This document shows, one piece after another, positions 26,761-36,042 of a DNA stretch of 64,000 nt (position 1 is its first letter; every line of letters begins with the position of its first letter). The position numbers and the translations under genes were made by a program. The stretch is taken from assembly GCF_963921235.1 (NCBI RefSeq), contig NC_086108.1:38194001-38258000 (forward strand), read 5' to 3'. The stretch comes from Mobula hypostoma. Taxonomy: Eukaryota. The notes under the pieces were generated by a model, which worked only from the letters and a program-made list of their open reading frames with translations, was not told the origin of the DNA and did no database searches.

Positions 26761-29055
26761 TTAGCGGAAGTTAGAGAAGTTGATGTTCATGCCATCAGGT
26801 TGGAGGCTACCCAGACAGAATATAAGGTGTTGTTCCTCCAACCTGAGTATGGCTTCATCTTTACAGTAGAGGAGGCCGTGAATAGACACGTCAGAATGGG
26901 AATGGGATGTGGAATTAAAGTGTGTGGCCACTGGGAGATCCTGCTTTCTCTGGCGGACAGAGCGTAGATGTTCAGCAAAGCGGTCTCCCAGTCTGCGTCG
27001 GGTCTCGCCAATATATAAAAGGCAACATTGGGAGCACCGGACGCAGTATATCACCCCAGCCGACTCACAGGTGAAGTGTTGCCTCACCTGGAAGGACTGT
27101 TTGGGGCCCTGAATGGTGGTAAGGGAGGAAGTATAAGGGCATGTGTAGCACTTGTTCCGCTTACACAGATAAGTGCCAGGAGGGAGATCAGTGGGGAGGG
27201 ATGGGGGGGACGAATGGACAAGGGAGTTGTGTAGGGAGCGATCCCTGCGGAATGCAGAGAGAGGCGGGGAGGGAAAGATGTGCTTAGTAGTGGGATCCCG
27301 TTGGAGGTGGCGGAAGTTACGGAGGATAATATGTTGGACCCGGAGGCTGGTGGGGTGGTAGGTGAGGACCAGGGGAACCCTATTCCTAGTGGGGTGGCGG
27401 GAAAATGGAGTGAGAGCAGATGTACGTGAAATGGGGGAGATGCGTTTATGAGCAGAGTTGATAGTGGAGGAAGGGAAACCCCTTTCTTTAAAAAAGGAAG
27501 ACATCTCCCTCGTCCTAGAATGAAAAGCCTCGTCCTGAAAGCAGATGCGGTGGAGACGGAGGAATTGCGAGAAGGGGATGGCGTTTTTGCAAGAGACAGG
27601 GTGAGAAGAGGAATAGTCCAGATAGCTGTGAGAGTCAGTAGGCTTATAGTAGACATCAGTGGATAAGCTGTCTCCAGAGACAGAGACAGAAAGATCTAGA
27701 AAGGGGAAGGAGGTGTCGGAAATGGACCAGGTAAACTTGAGGGGAGGGTGAAAGTTGGAGGCAAAGTTAATAAAGTCAACGAGCTCTGCATGCGTGCAGG
27801 AAGCAGCACCAATGCAGTCGTTGATGTAGCGAAGGAAAAGTGGGGGACAGATACCAGAATAGGCACGGAACATAGATTGCTCCACAAAGCCAACAAAAAG
27901 GTAGGCGTAGCTAGGACCCATACGGGTGCCCATAGCTACACCTTTAGTTTGGAGGAAGTGGGAGGAGCCAAAGGAGAAATTATTAAGAGTAAGGACTAAT
28001 TCCGCTAGACGGCGCAGGGTGGTGGTAGAGGGGAACTGATTAGGTCTGGAATCCAAAAAGAAGCGTAGAGCTTTGAGACCTTCCTGATGGGGGATGGAAG
28101 TACATAGGGACTGGACATCCATGGTGAAAATAAAGCAGTGGGGGCCAGGGAACTTAAAATCATCGAAAAGTTTAAGAGTGTGAGAAGTGTCACGAACATA
28201 GGTAGGAAGGGATTGAACAAGGGAGGATAAAACCGTGTCAAGGTATGCAGAAACGAGTTCGGTGGGGCAGGAGCAAGCTGAGACAATAGGTCGGCCAGGA
28301 CAGGCAGGTTTGTGGATCTTGGGTAGGAGGTAGAAACGGGAAGTGCGAGGTATGGGAACTATAAGGTTGGTAGCAGTGGATGGGAGATCCCCTGAGCGGA
28401 TAAAGTCGGTGATGGTGTGGGAGACAATGGCCTGGTGCTCCTTAGTGGGGTCACGATCGAGGGGTAAATAAGAGGAGGTATCCGCGAGTTGTCGCTGTGC
28501 CTCGGCAAGGTAGAGGTCAGTACGCCAGACTACAACAGCACCCCCCTTATCGGCAGGTTTAATAATAAGGTTAGGATTAGTGTGGAGGGAGTGGAGAGCA
28601 GAGCGTTCCGAAGGAGTGAGGTTGGAATGGGGACAAGGTGCGGTGAAGTCGAGACGGTTGATGTCCCGTTGGCAGTTAGCGATAAAGAGATCCAGAGCAG
28701 GCAGAAGACCGGAGCGGGGTGTCCATGAAGAAGAGGAGGGTTGAAGACGGGAGAAGGGGTCATCGGTGGGGGTGGAAGAGTCCTTGCCGAAGAAGTAGGC
28801 TCGGAGACGGAGACGGCGGAAGAAGAGTTCCGCATCATGACGAATGCGGAACTCGCTGAGGTGTGGGCGAAGGGGGACAAAGGTGAGGCCCTTACTGACG
28901 ACAGAGCACTCTGCCTCAGACAGTTGAAGGTCGGAGGGGATGGTAAAGACCCGGCACGGATGAGAGCTGGGATCGGGGGGGGGAGGGGAGGCTGGGGGTG
29001 TCAATGTAGAGGGGAGGGTTGGGGTGAGAGGAAGATGGAGCCTCTGTGGCCACAC
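26761..29055 (-). CDS. PLE polyprotein frame (RT, Cys linker, GIY-YIG endonuclease), 764 aa, 5'-truncated and probably RT-dead
   Basis: SKGLTFVP and IKPADKGGAVVV N-terminal motifs; GVAMGTRMGPSYA; RYINDC in place of YIDD; CKRNKCYTC linker; VIYCVRCSQCCLLYIGETRRRLGDRFAEH; the track start is GTG at the inversion junction. Confidence 0.9.
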   Translation of the reverse strand: MWPQRLHLPLTPTLPSTLTPPASPPPPDPSSHPCRVFTIPSDLQLSEAECSVVSKGLTFVPLRPHLSEFRIRHDAELFFRRLRLRAYFFGKDSSTPTDDPFSRLQPSSSSWTPRSGLLPALDLFIANCQRDINRLDFTAPCPHSNLTPSERSALHSLHTNPNLIIKPADKGGAVVVWRTDLYLAEAQRQLADTSSYLPLDRDPTKEHQAIVSHTITDFIRSGDLPSTATNLIVPIPRTSRFYLLPKIHKPACPGRPIVSACSCPTELVSAYLDTVLSSLVQSLPTYVRDTSHTLKLFDDFKFPGPHCFIFTMDVQSLCTSIPHQEGLKALRFFLDSRPNQFPSTTTLRRLAELVLTLNNFSFGSSHFLQTKGVAMGTRMGPSYAYLFVGFVEQSMFRAYSGICPPLFLRYINDCIGAASCTHAELVDFINFASNFHPPLKFTWSISDTSFPFLDLSVSVSGDSLSTDVYYKPTDSHSYLDYSSSHPVSCKNAIPFSQFLRLHRICFQDEAFHSRTREMSSFFKERGFPSSTINSAHKRISPISRTSALTPFSRHPTRNRVPLVLTYHPTSLRVQHIILRNFRHLQRDPTTKHIFPSPPLSAFRRDRSLHNSLVHSSPPSLPTDLPPGTYLCKRNKCYTCPYTSSLTTIQGPKQSFQVRQHFTCESAGVIYCVRCSQCCLLYIGETRRRLGDRFAEHLRSVRQRKQDLPVATHFNSTSHSHSDVSIHGLLYCKDEAILRLEEQHLIFCLGSLQPDGMNINFSNFR

Positions 29056-29510
29056 ATTTTAATTCCACATCTCATTCCCATTCTGACATGTCTATCCACG
29101 GCCTCCTCTACTGTAAAGATGAAGCCACACTCAGGTTGGAGGAACAACACCTTATATTCCGTCTGGGTAGCCTCCAACCTGATGGCATGAACATCGACTT
29201 CTCTAACTTCTGCTAATGCCCCACCTCCCCCTCGTACCCCATCTGTTACTTATTTTTATACACACATTCTTTCTCTCACTCTCCTTTTTCTCCCTTTGTC
29301 CCTCTGAATATACCCCTTACCCATCCTCTGGGTCCCCCCCACCCTTGTCTTTCTTCCCAGACCTCCTGTCCCATGATCCTCTCGTATCCCTTTTGCCTAT
29401 CACCTGTCCAGCTCTTGGCTCTATCCCTCCCCCTCCTGTCTTCTCCTATCATTTTGGATCTCCCCCTCCCCCTCCAACTTTCAAATCCCTTACTCACTCT
29501 TCCTTCAGTT

Positions 29511-29546
29511 AGTCCTGACGAAGGATCTCGGCCTGAAACGTCGACT
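29511..29546 (+). ncRNA. Minimal type I hammerhead ribozyme
   Basis: AGTC-CTGACGA-AGGatctcggCCT-GAAA-CGTC-GACT; predicted cleavage after C29542. Confidence 0.8.
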
Positions 29547-30693
29547 GCACCTCTTCCTAGAGATGCTGCCTGGCCTGCTGCGTTCACCAGCAACTTTGTT
29601 GCGTGAAGTTACACAACCTGTGTGCACACCTACTGATTTTCCCTGACTTTCCATGAACAGTCATAGAGTAGAAAAGATAATACCAAATAAAAAGGGGTCT
29701 CTGCTGCTGGCCACATGTTCCTCGTAGTCCCGTTTTGAACCTCTATGTCCGTAGGGTACCTCACATCCGCAAGTGAATCTCCAACAGAGTCATCGCTATC
29801 TTGTATCTGAAAACCTCTGCTTTTATATGTATTCCTTACCAGTTGAAAAGTTATATTCTAGTATCATTGGCTATAGATCATATGTCCGAGACTTAACACC
29901 TTTTCATTGTCTGTGCTCCAAGCCAGCAGCCAATAGCTGTCCTCCTCCCAGCAAGTGACAATCAGCAATCCATGGCTCTTTGCTCTCAACCAGCAACCAG
30001 CCTGAAGTTCCCAGGGCAGGCACAGACCCTAACTGTCAGAAACCCGAATGCTACACCCAACCAAAGAACACCTCACAAACAACTTCCCATTTGAAAATGA
30101 GGCATTATTGAGTCTACCCTAAAACACTGACCAAGCCAAGCAACAAGCTCACAAAATGGAAGCCACAAAACATCTCCACAACATAGCAGCCCCCATCCCC
30201 AAGCCCACAGCAGGAACAAAGACAACAGGTCTGTTTGCCTCACTGTCACTGACCCATCCAAATTCACTAATCTGTAGACAGTAGTTCTTTCTGGCTAAGA
30301 GTACTCTCAGGTGAGGTGATACTTTAACAATGAGTCTGTCAGGGTCATCTACTGTATGTGGTATTTCCAGTGCAATCTCCTCTACATCAGTGAGGCTCAA
30401 CATAGATTGAGAGACCACATTGTCAAGGTCCTTTGCTCGTTCTGCCACCAAACTGGTCAAGAGTGTAATGAAATACTTGCCACTCGCCTGGATGAGTGCA
30501 GCCCCATCAACACTAGAGAAGCTTGACATCATCAGGTACAAGGCAGCCCACTTGACTGGTACCCCTTCCACAAGCATCCAATTCCTCCACCGCTGACTAA
30601 CAGTTGCTGCAGTATGTATTACCTACAAGATGTACTGCAACAACACACCAAAGTTCCTAAGGCAGCACCTCCAGACCCACTACCACTACCACC

Positions 30694-32181
30694 CTGCTTC
30701 AGTCTAAGATTCCCTCATGTTTTAAGAAGGCAACGATAATCCCAGTGCCGAAGAAGAGCAAGGTGGCATGACTGAATGACTATCGACCTGAGGCTCTGAC
30801 ATCAATTGCTATGCAGTGCTTCGAGAGATTGATTATGGCACACATCAACCACAGCCTACCGGTCAACCTCGACGCTTTGCAATTCGCCTACCGGAGCAAC
30901 AGGTCAACGGCAGATGCCATCTCTCTGGCCCTACATTCCTCCTTAGAACACCTGGAGAATAAAGACGCATATGTAAGGCTCCTTTTCATTGACTACAGCT
31001 CTGCCTTTAATACCATCATTCCAAATAAACTGATTCCTAAGCTCCGGAACCTGGGCCTTAGCACTCAGATCTACAGCTGGATCTTCAACCTCCTCACAGA
31101 CAGGACCCAGGCTGTAAAACTAGGGGACAAGCTCTCCTCTACAATCACTCTGAGCACCAGTGCCCCACAGGGCTGTGTACTCAGCCCCCTGCTGTACTCA
31201 CTGTACACCCATGATTGTGTAGCCAAGTTTCCATCAAACTCAATATATAAGTTTGCAACAATTGTAGGCCGTATCTCAGGTAATGATGAGTTTGAGTACA
31301 GAGAGGAAATTAAGAACCTGGTGGCATGGTGCGAAGACAATAACCTATCCCTCAATGTCAGCAAGACGAAAGAATTGGTTGTTGACTTCAGAAGGAGTAG
31401 CGGACCGAACGACCCAATTTATATCAGTGGTGCACAAGTGGAACAGGTCAAAAGCTTTAAGTTCCTCGGGGTCAATATCACAAATGACCTGACTGGGTCC
31501 AACCAAGCAGAGTTCACTGCCAAGAAGGCCCACCAGCGCCTTAACTTCCTGAGAAAACTAAAGAAATTTGGCCTGTCCCCTAAAACCCTCACTAATTTTT
31601 ATAGATGCACCGTAGAAAGCATTCTTCTAGGGTGCATCACAACCTGGTATGGAAGTTGTCCTGTCCAAGACTGAAAGAAGCCGCAGAACATTGTGAACAC
31701 GGCACAGCACATCACACAAACCAATCTTCCGTCCGTGGACTCACTTTACACCGCACGCAGTTGGAGCAGTGCTGCCAAGATAATCAAGGACACGACCCAC
31801 CCAGCCAACACACTTTCTGTCCCTCTTCCTTCCGGGAGAAGGCTCAGGAGCTTGAAGACTCATACGGCCAGATTTGGGAACGGCTGCTTTCCAACTGTGA
31901 TAAGACTGCTGAACGGATCCTGACCCGGATCTGGGCTGTACCCTCCAAATATCCGGACCTGCCTCTCGGTTTTTTGCACAACCTTACTTCCAATTTTTCT
32001 ATTTTCTATTCATGATTTATAATTTAAATTTTTAATATTTACTAATTTTAACTATTTTTTAATATTTTTAATATTTAATATTTATAATCCAGGGAGTGGG
32101 AAGCGCAGAATCAAATATCACTGTGATGATTGTACGTTCTAGTAGCAATTGTTTGGCGACAATAAAGTATAAAGTATTAAG
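30694..32181 (+). mobile_element. 5'-truncated Rex1/Babar-like LINE
   Basis: 287-aa RT frame 30811-31674 ([49 protein letters not shown] with the DD codons deleted); short taaagta-repeat tail. Confidence 0.92.
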
Positions 32182-32183
32182 TA

Positions 32184-33774
32184 CAGGTTTCCCCTGCCAT
32201 CTGAAGGTAGAGCGTTCCTATGAAACGGTTTGTAAGCCGGAATGTCGTAAAGCGAAGAAGCAATTACCATTTATTTATATGGGAAAATTTTGTGAGCGTT
32301 TGCAGACCCAAAAAATAACCTACCAAATCATGCCAAATAACACATAAAACCTAAAATAACAGTAACATATAGTAAAAGCTGGAATGATATGATAAATACA
32401 CAGCCTATATAAAGTAGAAATACTTTTCCACAATCAGTGCCTGCACTGTTGTCCGTAGCGAAAATCTCACACAAGCGCCGTTGGCAAAAACATGGCACAA
32501 GCGCCATCGGCAGGAAATCTCACGCAAGCGCCGTTGGCAGATACACTCTCTCCAGTAACCTTTAAGCTATGAAGCTGCCAAATCATACCAAATAACGCAT
32601 GAAAATACACAGCCTATATAAAATAGAAATAATGTATGTACAGCGTAGTATCACTTACGGGAATCGGGAAGACACCTTGCCGAGCACACTGATAATGGTG
32701 TGTTAGGCTGAATCGTTGGAGTTTGGGTGGTGCAGTGGCCCCCACCCTCCGGGCAGCGACCCAATACCGATACGCGAAGCATGCAGCGGTAGCCGAGAGG
32801 CACACAGCACATCTTTAAGAAAAAAGCCGAAACAAACATGCTAATTAATTAGGTGCCGCCCAGCATGTAATTGTCAGGCAGCACCTAATTAATTAGCATG
32901 TTTATTTCGGCTTTTTTCTTAAAGATGTGCTGTGTGCCTCCCGGCTATCGCTGCATTCTCCGCTAATCGGTATCTGTCTGTGGCCTGGGGGTTAGGGTGG
33001 TGGGACACTGAGGTGTCATCTAGTCATCGTGTTTCCATTAGGGCAGGCAGCTCATCTTCTCCTATGACTGCCCGCCTCGATGTCGAAGGTTGAGGTTTGT
33101 CGTCTGCTGTGGCTGATGTGGAAGGCTTGCTTGACTGCTGAGCCTCGTGCATTTTTCTATCATACAGTTCTTTGTAAGCACTCAAACCATCCTGCAAATA
33201 TCCCCTAAACCTACGTACCCTTTCAAAATTAAAGTCGTACTTATCATTGCAGTGAAAATCTCATGCAGTTGCTTCACGTTCAGTTCTCTACTGCATTCGG
33301 TTTCGATTGTTATCCTTTCCTCTTCCAATTGCATCAAGTCTTCATCTATTAGTTCTTGGCCATGGGATGCCAAAACCTCTTCAACATCATCTTCGTCAGC
33401 TTCCACAAGCCAAACTCATGTTGTCCTTACTTCGTTCACCACAATCAAAACACTTAATTGTGTCTAGTTTTACGCTAAGTGTAACACCCTTACAAGCTCG
33501 TTTAGGCATTTCCGATACCTTAGAACTCATCTTGCTAACAGCTGCTCACAGGCAAGTTTTTAAGCAATGCCGGTGAGAATGCAGTTCCGAATCAGGGGAA
33601 AAGCGGCTGTTCAGGGCGCTGGCTGCTTTTAATCACGTGCTGATTTTTTATTGCGCACTGATTTTTTTCGTAACAGTGAAAACACCTTCTGTTAGTGAAA
33701 ACAGGGAACTAATGTAGGTCTTTCGTAACAGTGAGGATTCGTAAAGCAAACATTCGAAAAGCGGGGGACACCCG
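32184..33774 (-). mobile_element. Non-autonomous Tigger/pogo (Tc1-mariner) DNA transposon
   Basis: TA on both sides; imperfect TIRs CAGGTTTCCCCTGC and CGGGTGTCCCCCGC; transposase N-terminal relic VTLSVKLDTIKCFDCGERSKD joined to C-terminal relic EADEDDVEEVLASHGQELIDEDLMQLEEE. Confidence 0.85.
32781..32956. repeat. Inverted repeat with 80-bp arms, 16-nt loop and 4 mismatches
   Basis: 32781-32860 versus reverse complement of 32877-32956; weaker pairing extends to 32764/32973. Confidence 0.95.
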
Positions 33775-34065
33775 TATTTAGAAGGACAAGAACAGCCGAT
33801 ATCCAGGAACACCACCACTTGCAAATCCCCCTCCGTATCACTCACCATCCTGACTTAGAAACATATCACTGTTCCTTCACTGTTGCTGGATCAAAATAAT
33901 GGAATTCCCTACCTAACAGCACTGTGGGTGTACCCACACCTCAAGGACTTCAGCGGTTCAAGAAGAAAGCTCATCACCACCTTCTCAAGGGCAACTAGAG
34001 ATGGGCAATAAATGTTGGTATAGTTGGCAATGCCCACATCCCGTAAATGAATAAATTTTTAAAAA

Positions 34066-34590
34066 GGCAGATTTCCCAGTAACGGTCCATTTCAAATTGA
34101 CTTCACTTTCCTATTCTGACATGTTGGTCCATGGTCTCCTCTACTATAATGATGAGGTCACACACAGGTTGGAGAAGCAATACTTCATATTCTGTCTGTG
34201 TGGCCTCCAACTTGATGGCACGTACCTCAATTTCTCTAACTTCCTCTGATTTCTCCACCATTCCCTTCTCTATTTTTTCCATTTTCCATTCTGGTTACCC
34301 TCTCAGCCCTCTCTTCTCCTCACCTGGCCATCACACTTCCCTTTCTTCTGCCATCCACTGTCCTCTCCTATCAGATTCCTTCTTCTTCAGCACTTTCCTT
34401 CTTCCAATTATCACCTCCCGTCTTATTAGTCCTCCCCCTCCTCCACCCACCCACTTTTCCCTTCAAGAGTCTTAGCTCAAAACGTCGACTGTTCATTCCC
34501 CTCAATAGATGCTGCCTGGCTTGCTGAGTTTCTCCAGCATTTTGTGTGTGTTGCTCAAGATATGCAGCATCTGCAGAATTTCTTGTATTT
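34066..34590 (+). mobile_element. Old Penelope-like 3' fragment with terminal repeat
   Basis: Homologous to 7225-7790; decayed hammerhead ...aaaacgtcgactg near 34480; tail gcatctgcagaatttcttgt. Confidence 0.8.
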
Positions 34591-34774
34591 AAAATTCTGA
34601 TGATTCCTGCTCCTGATTATCTATACTAACTCTGGATGAAATCACGAGCAAAATGCAGAAACATTAGTGAAATCCAAGCTGGGAGGAGGAGATGTAGGGG
34701 CAAATGATAAGACAGTCCACAGAAAAGAGGTGGAAGAACGTAAGGCCTGGTGACACACAGATAATCTTTTCGTC

Positions 34775-35600
34775 AATGTCAACAAAAGAAAGGAGATGGT
34801 TTTCATCTATATGAGAATTCGCATCACTCACACCCACCTTTACATCAGCAGCACAGCAGTGGAAAGTGCAAGAAGTATAAAATTCATGAGAATACACACA
34901 CTCTCATGGTCCCAGGACACATCCAACACAGTCAAGAAAGCTCACCCACACTTCTACTTTCTGAGGAGGATAAAGAGAGCTGGATGAAACACATCAATAC
35001 CCACAATCTTCTACAGATACACAGTAGAAAGAATCCTAACACGTTGCACTGGAGAATGATATAGAAACTGCACTGCAATGGATTGGAAGGCTCTAAAACA
35101 GGTAGTCAAAACTGCCCAATATATGACCAGCACCAGCCCACCCACTGTCAAGGACAGATATACAGAAATGTTCAGAAAAGGGGCTGCAATATCATGAAGG
35201 ATCCCACCTACCCCTGCTCATGGGCTGTTTGTCCCACTCCCATCAGGGAGGTGGCTACATAGCATCCACACCAAGACTACCAAACTCAAAAACTCCCCAA
35301 GCAATAAGACTGATCAACACAGCCACCCACTAACCCACTCACCACACCCTCAACACCCATCACTACCTTAACATTTCCTGTCAGTCACCTTATCAGACAC
35401 TCCTGTATCTAGAATCACTTTATGTACATACAATCAATCTATATTTATAAGCCATTTATGTATTTATATTTATTGTGTTTTTATTATTGTATTCTTTATC
35501 TTAGCTTGTTTTTTGTGCTAGAACAGATGTAGAGTAATAATTATTCTGTTCTCCTTTACACTGACATATGGAAATTACGTTAAATAATCTTGAATCTTGA
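34775..35600 (+). mobile_element. Old Rex1-like LINE 3' fragment
   Basis: LSWSQDTSNTVKKAHPHFYFLRRIKRAG parallels [15 protein letters not shown]; tcttgaatcttga tail. Confidence 0.75.
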
Positions 35601-36042
35601 AACTTTGTCATACCTTGTTACATTAACATAAGGGTGTCCTTTCAACTTCCAACTTCACAAGACAACAACAACAGATCTCTGCACAAGATGAATGGTGACT
35701 AACCTCACAAGGTTTCCTGAGACTTAACCATGAAGGTCCAGCTATTAGACCTATATTAACTAGAGTTTAGAAGAATGAGACAGATTTCATAAACACCTAT
35801 AAAATTCTCAACCAAGTGTACACATTTGATCTAGGAAGAATGTCCCTGATATTGGGCATAGTCATAGTCAAAGAATATGGAATGGGGATGCATGATCAAT
35901 CATGATCATATTGAAGCAACGAACAGTAAATTTCCTTAGCTATGTTTCCACCTTGATAACTAAGCACACTTGACAGAAATCTCTATGAAGGATCATCTAG
36001 AAATCATTCCTGATTACTTGCTTCTAAAAAGAGAAACACAAT

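Larger units (their letters stand above)
26337..29607 (-). mobile_element. Young Penelope-like (Neptune-type) retroelement with about 560-bp inverted terminal copies
   Basis: TSD GTTACACAA at 26328-26336 and 29608-29616; about 29046-29604 is the inverted copy of about 26376-26931; carries an RT+GIY-YIG frame. Confidence 0.96.
26227..30300 (-). mobile_element. Probable solo LTR of about 0.8 kb (26227-26336 plus 29617-30300), split by the young PLE
   Basis: Starts TGTTA and ends TAAGA (TAACA-like); flanks atac/gtac; minus-strand AATAAA near 26300; precisely interrupts the older PLE. Confidence 0.5.
25595..30430 (+). mobile_element. Old Penelope-like fragment (25595-26226 plus 30301-30430) split by nested insertions
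   Basis: RVSLVPTYH...CKWVKCYIC...TIQGPKQY stops at 26226; the frame continues caggtgagg...gtcatctactgt...ctctacatc from 30301. Confidence 0.8.
30435..34045 (+). mobile_element. CR1/L2-group LINE 3' fragment (30435-30692 plus 33779-34045), split by Rex1 and Tigger insertions
   Basis: MKYLPLAWMSAAPSTLEKLDIIRYKAAHL-type ORF2 C-terminus resumes after 33778 and ends with aataaa motifs. Confidence 0.6.
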
